Source of the DNA: Eledone cirrhosa
Lineage: Eukaryota
Direction: 5' to 3'
NCBI GenBank assembly: GCA_964016885.1
Contig: OZ024742.1
Span: forward strand, 264,492,001-264,556,000
Length of the DNA stretch: 64,000 nucleotides
Shown here: piece by piece, positions 14,753-26,580 of the stretch
Numbering within the stretch: the first letter of the stretch is position 1
Layout: every line of letters starts with the position of its first letter
Translations under genes and position numbers: made by a program
The notes under the pieces: model-generated
The model's input: only the letters and a program-made list of their open reading frames with translations
The model's database searches: none
Told to the model about the DNA's origin: nothing

Positions 14753-15317
14753 GTAGGGAATTTTTTTATTAAAAAAAATGTTGTTGTTGTGGCCGGTATT
14801 ATGAAGTTATAATTAATATATTTATTATAACAAATATTTTAAAAAGTGGCCGATGTACGGTTTGAAGGAGTGACAGGTTTTGTAAAGAAAAATTATATTA
14901 ATTTTAACACCATTTTGCCAGGACTTTTTAAAACAACCGCTTTAGAGAGGGGGTCGGTTTTATGACGGATCCGTTTAGAGAGATCTTACTGTATAGTATA
15001 GTATTTATCAATTGACAGCAAGTCGCTACATACATAGATTAGCATGGGCCCCCTATCCTTGTGGGGCCCCCAGGCAACTGCCCAGCGTGCCCATGCGTTA
15101 AGACGCCCCTGCGTTAGATGAAACACTGTGTAAGGAGTACATTTTGTTTTTAAATGTATTGACTTCTCCATTATTTTTGCTTCTATATATATATACATGT
15201 CTCGTGGCATTAACTCTTCTTAGCCACGGCTATATTCACTGAAGGCGAATCTGAAGCATTATTTTATCGATATAATTAACGTTTTATATATATGTATATA
15301 TATTTATATATTTTCTC

Positions 15318-15760
15318 TTTCTTCTTCACCCAATTATTCCTGAGAGGGTCGTAGGGGTTCTCATATACTCCTTCCAGCTGGTCCTGTCAGAAGCAGCCGT
15401 CTCCAACAGATCCGGCTGGATCCCCAAGCGAGACCTGCCAAACTTATGGATGTTATCCAACCATCTTGCTCGAGGTTTACCCTGGGTCTCCTGCTGGTTG
15501 GTTTTGCCTGCAAAATCTGTTCAGCGAATCTATCCTGTGCTATTCTAACAACATGTCCATAGTATCGGGGCTGTGATTTCTTAATTCGGAGTGTGACTAT
15601 CTGATCTCGGAGCTACGCATTCTATCGTCTAACGTTACTCCAGAGACCCTTTGGAGGAATCCCATTGTATTCGCAATCGAATTCTTTCGGTCATTATCCA
15701 ATTCAAGATCATAGGTAAGGCAGAAAAACCGAATTGAAGACAGCGAGTTGGGCTTTTACC
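15318..15760 (-). mobile_element. RTE-clade LINE 3' fragment (same family as 691-1053)
   Basis: Reverse WIMTERIRLRIQ motif and a reverse (AAG)n tail at 15318. Confidence 0.7.
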
Positions 15761-15812
15761 TCCCTTCTTGTGATTACTGAATTCTTGCATTTCATTCAGC
15801 CTCCTGTCGTCC

Positions 15813-15880
<68 letters not shown>

Positions 15881-15924
15881 TACATATATACACACACATA
15901 TACATATGAATATATACTTACATT

Positions 15925-15957
<33 letters not shown>

Positions 15958-16055
15958 ATATATCTATATATATTTATATATAAAAAACAAGAAGTGTAAA
16001 TCAAGAAGGTAAAAATTAAATTCGTTTATTAATATTCGCTGGAATATGCATATAC

Positions 16056-16114
16056 GCTGCAATATATATTTCGGTGATAACCATTATTCAACAGCTATGA
16101 CCTCATCAGGCAGC
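16056..16114 (-). ncRNA. Type I hammerhead ribozyme motif
   Basis: gctgc-CTGATGA-ggtcatagctgtt gaat aatggttatcacc-GAAA-tatata-TT-gcagc; same family as 23755. Confidence 0.7.
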
Positions 16115-16236
16115 TACAACTTGAACAAAAAAAAAACAGAAAAAACATAATGGTGAAATAGTATTTACTTCCATTATTTCGGTCCTTTGATATGCTCAGT
16201 TCCGAAGTGTGATGTTGTTTTTTCAAAGAACTGGTG

Positions 16237-16326
<90 letters not shown>

Positions 16327-16407
16327 TTATATATGTATATATGTATATATGTATATATGTATATATATGTATACATATATGTATGCATATATATATATGT
16401 GTATATA

Positions 16408-16455
<48 letters not shown>

Positions 16456-16464
16456 GTATAACTT

Positions 16465-17260
16465 TGAATAACTTTGAAATGTTTTGGCCAGTATTGGCCC
16501 AAGCCATGTCTAACTTAATAGCACCACCTGGCGAAGTCTTTCAATTCAGGATTTGGGCACCATGGCCCATTCGAGAAGAGAATTACTGTTTGCGGAGACA
16601 TATCCGGGTGTGGGTGGTTTGTCCGGGATTACTTGGAGGAATTTGTCCAAAGACTTCTTGAATTTTGTGTGGTCAGTTTCTGTTTTGACGTGTCCTGGTG
16701 TGATGTTGAAGAGAGCAGGGCCGATTGAGGTGAAATAATTGTGCCGTATTGTTGTTATGAGTTGCGATTTAGATTTTTGTATGGGACGGATAGCACGGGG
16801 CCCAAGCCTTGGGTGTATCTTGAAGGCGATGCCAACATCATTTGGGCAGTGATGATGGAACATTTTCCACATCATGCAGATAATATAACGCTCACGGCGA
16901 CGTTGGAGTGAGTAAAGTTTCAGGTTTTCTAGTCGACCCCAGTAGTCAAGGTCTGACGTGCCATCTATCTTTTTCGTGATTGCCCTTTGAGGAGCTTCAA
17001 GTTTCATGATACTTTGTTTCGTGTGGGGAGACCACAATGGACAACAGTATTCAAGGTGTGGTCGGGCAAAAGTAGAGAAGAGAAGGATAATGGTGTGGGA
17101 ATCTCTCGACTGGAAGGTTCTGAGGATCCAGGAACACATTCTGCGGGCCATGTCAACTTTGCTGCTTATATGCGTGGCCCAGCTTATGTTGCTGTCCACG
17201 GTTACTCCCAAGTCTCTGATGTTGTTAGATGCCACGAGAGTTTCCCCGGAGGGAAGGGAG
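16465..17260 (-). mobile_element. CR1/L2-group (Crack/Daphne-like) LINE 3' end
   Basis: ORF 16546-17235: RDLGV..RPHLEYCCPLWSP..LYSLQRRRERY..FKKSLDKFL..PPTPGY. Confidence 0.85.
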
Positions 17261-17262
17261 TA

Positions 17263-17295
<33 letters not shown>

Positions 17296-17301
17296 ATACT
17301 G

Positions 17302-17379
<78 letters not shown>

Positions 17380-17418
17380 TATATATATATATGTATATAT
17401 ATATACATACGTACATAT

Positions 17419-17467
<49 letters not shown>

Positions 17468-17506
17468 TATATATATATATGTATATATATATACATACGT
17501 ACATAT

Positions 17507-17550
<44 letters not shown>

Positions 17551-17556
<6 letters not shown>

Positions 17557-18052
17557 GTTAAAGTGTACATCTACATATGTATACGGAAGTATTAGTATGC
17601 ATATAAATACACACATGTATACATATGTACATGTACTGAGTTTTTCACTAGACACTTTACAGTGAGTGTCAGCTAGTCTGTATGTAACCACACAGACGGA
17701 CCGGGTTTTAGAGTCATACGAGTTTTCAAGGAAACACATTTCCTCTATTCTCCAGAGGGCCAAACAGGAATATTGGACTAGTTTCGATGTTATTACATCT
17801 CATCAGCAATATTTACCCATCTTCCGGCTTCTCTGGAGAATTGTAAAAGTACATATCGTTATATGCTTTTTCTATGAAAATTAGTATGACTCTAAAACCC
17901 GGTCCGTCTGTGTGGTTACATACAGACTAGCTGACACTCACTGTAAAGTGTCTAGTGAAAAACTCAGTACATATACATATGTATACATGTGTGTATTTAT
18001 ATGCATACTAATACTTCCGTACACATATGTAGATGTACACTTTAACTTAATT
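17551..18052. repeat. Long inverted repeat (about 169-bp arms) enclosing a hammerhead
   Basis: 17551-17719 is the reverse complement of 17884-18052 with about 2 mismatches. Confidence 0.92.
17769..17813 (-). ncRNA. Minimal type I hammerhead ribozyme (canonical core)
   Basis: aatattg-CTGATGA-gatgt aata acatc-GAAA-ctag-TC-caatatt. Perfect stems I and II, palindromic CTAG stem III, GUC triplet. Confidence 0.88.
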
Positions 18053-18119
18053 GTTTAAGCGTCAGTCATACAAAAGTGAGTTAGAAGTGAAACGAAATTT
18101 AATTTCGTTTCGTTATTTG

Positions 18120-18123
<4 letters not shown>

Positions 18124-18205
<82 letters not shown>

Positions 18206-18364
18206 CATATATATATATACATATATATATATACATATATATATATACATATATATATATACATATATATATATACATATATATATACATATACATATAT
18301 ATATATACATATATATATATACATATATATATATACATATATATATATACATATATATATATAC

Positions 18365-18435
<71 letters not shown>

Positions 18436-18455
18436 CATGTATACATATATACATT

Positions 18456-18501
<46 letters not shown>

Positions 18502-18563
18502 AATGTATATATGTATACATGTATATATATATATATATGTATGTATATATATATATATATATG

Positions 18564-18638
<75 letters not shown>

Positions 18639-18649
18639 GTATATATATG

Positions 18650-18732
<83 letters not shown>

Positions 18733-18741
18733 GTACGTATG

Positions 18742-18807
<66 letters not shown>

Positions 18808-18819
18808 CAGTATATAAAT

Positions 18820-18868
<49 letters not shown>
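18124..18868. repeat. (TA)n/(TACA)n microsatellite block
   Basis: Direct inspection. Confidence 0.95.
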
Positions 18869-18940
18869 AATATACCTACAGTCACTGTATATTTTAGAAA
18901 ATATATTTTCACTACCTCTGACACTTGGCAGGTGAATAGT

Positions 18941-18990
18941 GAACTGCACTGATGAAGGGTAATAACCAGAAACATTAGTGTCTGCAGTTC
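18941..18990 (+). ncRNA. Type I hammerhead ribozyme motif
   Basis: gaactgca-CTGATGA-agggt aata acca-GAAA-cat ta gtg-TC-tgcagttc. Stem I is 8 bp and extends via ttggca..gtgaatag / ctgtttac..tgccaa. Confidence 0.78.
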
Positions 18991-19305
18991 TGTTTACATG
19001 CCAACACAAGAGCAAGAATAAGGGGTTCATTCTACTGACATGGCTTTAAAAAACAGGCTGTTTGCATAATTGAAAACGAATCGAATATTATTAATATTCT
19101 AAAAACTCAGATTACATTTATATAAAGACACTTTTTCCAATTCCAACCCACCCGTCCCCTCAATCTATCTTATTTCTCATTCTTTCTTCTGGTGAAGGAC
19201 TAGCGTCCGAAACGTTAAGACCCTCTTCTTGCTATTTCAAGCGTTAACCTAATATATTCCTTCCATATACTGTACCGATTGTCTTGTTGTTTCAGTTTAC
19301 CTTTT

Positions 19306-19418
<113 letters not shown>

Positions 19419-19461
19419 CATAAAATAAGTTAGTCAAATATGTATAATTTGGCTTCGTTTA

Positions 19462-19502
19462 TCTATATATATAAAACTGTTGCTGTCTGTGTGTGTGTGT
19501 TT

Positions 19503-19578
<76 letters not shown>

Positions 19579-19750
19579 TCATTTTTGCAAAGTCTATACA
19601 AATCCACATTTCTACCCCGATTGACTTCAAACTTGCATTTATATATTCCATGCGGTCTAAGATACTGACTGTAGCTTTTATTTTTCAATTTTCTGTTGTT
19701 AAAAGGGTGTTAGGCGCCGGTTATCCATCTCTGACGCGCTCTTATGATAT
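19462..19750 (+). mobile_element. Helitron-like non-autonomous element, 5' part
   Basis: Begins tctatatatataaaactg like the 42450 element, followed by a GT microsatellite. Confidence 0.45.
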
Positions 19751-19817
19751 CTGTCTGTATGACGACATTCATACAACACATATACACATATATAGATATA
19801 CACATATACACATAGAA

Positions 19818-19903
<86 letters not shown>

Positions 19904-19916
19904 ATAACAATAAAAT

Positions 19917-20859
19917 TGAAGACTAAAATCCAAAGAGGGCTCGATAAGGAAAATATATATCCAATATATAAGAACCGTAGAGCAAATATTTATTAAAATA
20001 ACAGATTAAAGTTTAAGCAAAGAATCGCTGCTTTCACCCCTAACGGGATCTTCTGAAACTAACAAAGTCAATCTGTAAACGCAGAACTGGATATTTCAAA
20101 AAACGTTGCAACCGGAGGAAGACATGAAGACGATACTTTGGTTCGTGGTAACGTTCGCTGGCAAAGAACGGGAAAAAACGAATAATACGTCATTAATAGG
20201 AGCGGTGAAAAACAATTACGCGCAAAGACAAAACCACGTTTATGGTATAAAAGAGGTCGTAGACTAATGTTCTCTTAGGTGGTGCATAGAGACGTTCTCT
20301 GGCAATGAACGAAAAAACGAAGATAATAAGTCATATGCTGAGCGTGGAGAACAATAGCACGCAAAGACAAAACCACGTAAATGGTATAGCAGAAATCGTA
20401 GACTAAAATTCTAACTAGGAGACCAAATGAATCTCTGCTACAGAGTTAAGAACAAAGTAAATAAATACAATACAGAAGTAATAGAAACAAATAAATACAT
20501 ACACGCAAACTGATACGTACATACACAAGCATACGCAAAACCTTACCATGGGTATACAAAACCACGCACATATAAATATGTGTGTGTGTGTATGCTTGTG
20601 TACAAATAAATAAATAATTATATAAACGTATATAAGTAAATAAATACGTATATAACAAGCGCACACGCATACCTACATATAAATACACGAATGTTCGGAG
20701 ACGTAAGTCAACTAAAACAAGAAGTACACATATACACACACCCACCATACGTACGAACCTGTGTATTTATTTACTTATATTACAGATTGACTTTGTTAGT
20801 TTCAGAAGATCCCGTTAAGGGTGAAAGCAGAGATTCTTTGCTTAAACTTTAATCTGTTA

Positions 20860-20867
<8 letters not shown>
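19917..20867. mobile_element. Unclassified element with inverted arms and an internal duplication (Penelope-like pLTR architecture suspected)
   Basis: 19991-20078 is inverted relative to 20780-20867, with a diverged internal tandem (about 20150-20267 / 20292-20407). The same sequence occurs at 26207-26390. Confidence 0.6.
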
Positions 20868-20898
<31 letters not shown>

Positions 20899-21325
20899 GT
20901 TTCTACTTTTGGCACAAGGCCAGCAAATACACCAGTGTATTACTGGTACTTTATTTTATCGACCCCGTAAGGATGAAAGGCAAAATATATATAATAGGAA
21001 CAAGTATGACCCCGACGGCAGAGCTCAAGCCGTTTCGACGACTAATTTATATATATATATATATACACAGATACATTGTAGGTCGCTTTAATTATTCAAA
21101 AAACTTCTTGCCAATAAACATTAACTCTTTGTGCGCCATTCATCTAACTGTAGACCAACAAATACGAAGTAAACGGAGCGTTGACAAGAACGATGGCAAA
21201 TCAATCTTCGAGATAAGCAGTTTCCTCCCGAGCTGTTAGTTCACGCGGGATTCTCTCCTACACCTTTTCGTAATAATACCGAACAACGTACTGCTGGTCA
21301 CTCCTTTCTCCAAAAGCCATACAAA

Positions 21326-21433
<108 letters not shown>

Positions 21434-21563
21434 CGTGTGTATAATGGTAGCTATGGTGCTTCCATAGGCGGTATGCCAAAATTAGCCCTCTATATTCATA
21501 CAGAGCAGGGTGTGCATAGTATAAAAAAACAAAAAAATCAGTGATGCATATATATATATTATA

Positions 21564-22438
21564 CCAGCAGTAAAGCCCGGCGTTGCTCGGGGTCGCTCAG
21601 TAGCTGTGTTAAAGTTACAATGTTAAGTTTCTTTCTTGGCTTAAAAACTGTAGTGTTTACTGTGCAGACTTGCATGTGGTGTTTTTGATTAATATTCCCT
21701 CAACCAACAATATGCCTTATGAAGTTAAGAAAACATAACGATAACCCGAATGTTATAACAAAAGAGGATGCTGGGGATAGAAACTGCACTGGTTATTTAT
21801 TAACAAAGATCGAAAATGTAAACACTGCAACGCAGAGAAAGACATTAGCGTAACCAAATTATCAGTTATGTCTGTCTGCACGCCTATATCACCTCTCTGC
21901 ACGACTGTCTGTCTGCACGCCTATATCACCTCTCTGCACGACTATCTGTCTGCACGCGTATATCACCTCTCTGCACGATTGTCTGTCTGCACGACTGTCT
22001 GTCTGCACGCCTAACGACGAAATATTTGCTTGTTTTACGTAGTCTTTAAATAGACTTGTTTTCAAGTAAAAATATTGTTTTAAAATGCTTTTAAATGGAA
22101 ATGAAGCAAAACGGAAGCTTAGTGTTCGAACTGATGAATTTTGCAGGTCAATATTTTGCTGGCTCGACAACTGTTAAAGCCAGCGTAATTTTTTACGTAA
22201 GACGCTCAATGTAAACAGAACAAAGGGAAATAACTGATCACTTACGCTCAAAAATTGATACATTATATTCGATTTCGTCACATAGGGTGGGTCAATTTGA
22301 AATATTTTTTTTCCGATGTCTTCGCTAGGGCTCAATGTACAAGTATAGCAATTTCGGTGCAATTCCGTGAGAGATTCTAAGAGGAGATGTGTGCCAAAAT
22401 CGATAGACAGACAGACAACCACAGTTTTATATATATAG

Positions 22439-22439
<1 letters not shown>
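21564..22439 (-). mobile_element. Non-autonomous Helitron
   Basis: Near-identical reverse copy of 42450-43360: 5' TC, 3' CTRR, subterminal hairpin cccg..cggg, internal gtctgtctgcacg minisatellite. Confidence 0.85.
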
Positions 22440-22489
<50 letters not shown>

Positions 22490-22503
<14 letters not shown>

Positions 22504-23050
22504 CCGAGAAGTACCCAACCGATTTTTTTCAAGCTTTACTTGTGTATTACTTATGTTTCAGGGAGTGTTATGCACATAAAGAATTCAACATTTTGATCCC
22601 CTAGGGTCCGATTTTTAGGTTTTTTAGGCGTTACCTCAGGCCGATTTCCTTGAAATGGTAACTATGTATTAGTCAGTCTCTTCTTCATACCGGGAGCAAA
22701 GAAAATCCAACTTTTTTAAGGCCTAGGGCCCACATTAGGTGAAAAACTTCATTTTTTCAGCTTATTAGGGCTTTTTTCAGGCGTTACGTCTAGCTGATTT
22801 TACCCAAACTTCAAGGCATATTATGCACATAAAAAAAAATTATTTTCTTGATCCCCTAGGGCCCAGCCCGCATTAGATGAAAACCTGCATTTTTCCTGCT
22901 TCATCGAGGAAAATCTTAAAGATTATCCAGCCATCAGAGTATTCGGTTTATTTTCTTTACATGTTGTCCAGGCATGCAGTTTTTCCACGATTAGGTCTGT
23001 TGGCGGCCCGCATTCCTAAATACCTTATCCCATGCAACGCCGGGTATTGC
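22490..23050 (+). mobile_element. Helitron-like non-autonomous element
   Basis: Ends in the cccatgcaacgccgggta hairpin motif, which is also seen with a CTAG end at 23713-23740. Confidence 0.45.
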
Positions 23051-23180
23051 GCCCTTATAATATTGGTCTGTATATCTGACTGTCTGTATAACGACATTAT
23101 GACCAACACGTCATTGCTGACGTATTATCTTCGCCACATTCACACACACACACACACACACGCACATATATACATATATA

Positions 23181-23357
23181 TCTTAGTTTTAGATTCTTCC
23201 GCGCCGTTCGGTGCATCGAGCAGTAAGTACTCGCCAACGGTCAATATCAGCGGCAACTTTTTCGAGACCGTGCCAGGTGATGTTGGCTGCCATCAGGTCC
23301 TTCCGGAGGGTTTGTCGCCAGGTGATCCTTGGGCAACCCCGCCTCCGTTTACCACCA
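23181..23357 (-). mobile_element. RTE-clade LINE extreme 3' fragment; related plus-strand copy 54285-54418
   Basis: GKRRRGCPRITWRQTLRKDL..W..LEKVAADIDRWR with an actaaga tail. Confidence 0.7.
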
Positions 23358-23754
23358 TATACACACATATATATACACATATATACACAGATATATACAT
23401 ATACACACACAGATATATACACATATACATACATATATATATATATATATACATACATATATAAACACATATACACATATATATATACATATACATATAT
23501 ATAAATATACACATAAAAATCTATCTATCTATCTAGTGCGGGTAAAATTCCAGAGATCGATGGACGAGTTCTCTCCAGCGTGGGTTTTGGCCGTGTAAAA
23601 AAAGGTTATAACAAGAAGATAGAAATATCAAAAAATTCAAACAACAAAAATTCCTCAATATGCACTCACAAATAAACGTTTCTCATTGGAGGTGCTCTTA
23701 CCAATGATCTTACCCGTGCAACGCCGGGATACACGGCTAGTAAATTATAAATTT

Positions 23755-23809
23755 ACTGCTATATATTTTTCGGTGACAGCCATCATTGTCTGTGACCTCT
23801 TCAGGCAGT
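23755..23809 (-). ncRNA. Type I hammerhead ribozyme motif
   Basis: actgc-CTGAAGA-ggtcacag...ctgtcacc-GAAA-aatata-TA-gcagt. Confidence 0.72.
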
Positions 23810-24809
23810 CCGAATTGGTGTGGAAAAGACAGGTACGCATGTTGTTGAAGTGTGTTTCACTCCGTCAATACATCGATATGTCCAGCTCTTGGGTGTGTTG
23901 TTATTCCTCCGAGGATGGATCGATAAAATAATGTACCTTTCAAGTACAGGGATCGATATAATCGACTTACCACCTCGCCTGAGCGGTGGAACTGGAGGGG
24001 GAGGAGGCAGACCACATTAATTATATATTCTTCTGCCCAAACTACCAAAACACACATCTATTTATATATGCGTTACAATTTATTTATATGTTATGTTTAT
24101 CACATCTCAAAGTTTTTTTTTTATATCTTGGTTGATATTTGATAATAACAGCTAAACTAAATTGACCAATCCCCTCCCCAATTCAGAAACACTTCCACCA
24201 TCCCTAATGTACCAACGTTAGACATAATTATTGTCACATCGCCTACTACTGGATCAATAAGGTTCGTTGGTCTCGCTATAAGGCTTCTTTTAGCTGCAAT
24301 TAAAACCTCATACTTTCTTGTTGTTATTGTTGTAATTTAAGTATTTAGGAATATGTAGAAGTGAGACGTGGAGCAGAGTGTTTCCATTTTAATTTGTTTT
24401 CAACAGAAGGTCTAGCAGGTATTGTCTATGTTCTGAACATAGACACTCACATATGCGTATATGTGTGTACGTCTGTCTGTGTGTGTGTATACATACATAT
24501 ATATATAGACATACACACACAAGGGTAGTAGATGTTGGCCACTATCTTCTGTACCTAGGAGTATTTTACCCGATTTTCTAACGCTATTGTCATTTATAAC
24601 AATTCTGCGTCTGGATTTCAACGTTTCATATATTTACACACACACACACACATACATATATATACATACATACACACATACATACATACGTATATATATA
24701 TATGTGTGTGTGTGTGTCTGTGTGTGTGTATACGTATATACATATAAATATATAATATATATACATACATACATATAGACATACACACACATATTCTCGG
24801 GTCCCAAAC

Positions 24810-24995
24810 AATTGTTTCTACTTTAGGCACAAGGCCAGCAATGACCCAGTGCATTACTGGTACTTTATTTTATCGACCCCGTGGATGAAAGGCAAAGTCA
24901 ACCTCGGCGGGATTTGAACTCAGCTCGTAAAGGGACGTAACTATGCTGGAAAGCATGGCGTCCAACCCTCTACCGATACTGCCAATCCACTGCCC
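24810..24995 (-). mobile_element. tRNA-derived SINE (family A)
   Basis: Reverse complement of the family A consensus. Confidence 0.85.
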
Positions 24996-25345
24996 TATCT
25001 CGGATCCCAAATAATACGAGGGAATAAGCTGGATGGGGAAAGGGGAATAAATGTGGTTGGAAAATCAGTAATTATATGGTGTACGATGGTAAATATGGGA
25101 TTTCATGAAATGTTCTTACTTTGTCATATATAATGTTTTTTTAATGTAAAATAAAATTATTATTAGGTTCTCCAGCTGCTGTATCGATATGAATCACTTA
25201 CAATAACATTTCGCCGGAGATATATTAGCAAAATTTAATAAACAGGGACGTTGGAAAAAATCTGAAAAATTAAGAAGCGGTGTGTGTGTGGGTGGGGGTA
25301 TTAATCAAGAGCTAAGAGTGTATATATATATATATTTATATAGAT

Positions 25346-25418
25346 ATTTCATCTGATGAACGAACCAGACGTTTCTCTTTAGAATCGTCTAACTTCGTGA
25401 AACCTTGGGTAATGTAAT
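25346..25418 (+). ncRNA. Type I hammerhead ribozyme motif
   Basis: atttcat-CTGATGA-acgaa..agacg..cgtct..ttcgt-GAAA-cc ttg gg-TA-atgtaat; architecture like 113-180. Confidence 0.7.
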
Positions 25419-25739
25419 AATTATATTGTGTTGTTTTTTATATAATTAAATAGCTCTGTAGTCTACATAGAGCACTCTTCTTTCCTTTACCTTTTCTACG
25501 GAAATACATAACACATATATTTAAATATATATAAACTGACAACGTTTCCCATTTAGTATGGAGACTATCCCTACTAATTTAAACCAAAGTAACTAACTCT
25601 TTGGTGTCCACCTTACGCTATCAGTCCCGTTACTCTCGACCTTTTAAGTAAACGTCATTTTCTTTTCGTTTTTATTCTTTACTTCCCAACTTTTTGTAGA
25701 TGTATACAAATGTATGTACCTGTGTTCATATCTAGCCAC

Positions 25740-26314
<575 letters not shown>

Positions 26315-26390
26315 AATATTTGCTCTACGGTTTTTATATATTTGATATATATTTATCCTTATCGAGCCCTCTTTGGATTTTAGTCTTCAA

Positions 26391-26580
26391 AGGCGGTGGA
26401 TTGGCAGTATCGGTAGAGGGTCGGACGTCATGCTTTGCAGCAAAGAGTTATGGCCCTTTATGGTCTGAGTTCAAATCCCGCCGAGGTTAACTTTGCCTTT
26501 CATCCTTACAGAGTCGATAAAATAAAGTACCAGTAATGTACTGGGTAATTGCTGTGCTAAAAGTAGAAACAATTATTATT
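26391..26580 (+). mobile_element. tRNA-derived SINE (family A), full length
   Basis: ggcggtggattggcagtatcgg...gttcaaatcc...(att)n. Confidence 0.85.

Larger units (their letters stand above)
13193..15111 (-). mobile_element. hAT DNA transposon (defective) with nested insertions
   Basis: 8-bp TSD cgttagat at 13185-13192 and 15112-15119, imperfect TIRs caagagcatcttaac / gttaagacgcccctg, and a minus-strand dimerisation-domain remnant ERSF..LIKNQLRSTMGQQRLN at about 13530-13700. Confidence 0.85.

Noticed and set aside
19185-19222. ctggtga-aggac tagc gtcc-gaaacgtt hammerhead-like motif
   Set aside because: Core A6 is mutated and stem I is weak; at best a decayed copy.
22131-22140. CTGATGA inside the Helitron
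   Set aside because: No matching GAAA or stems.
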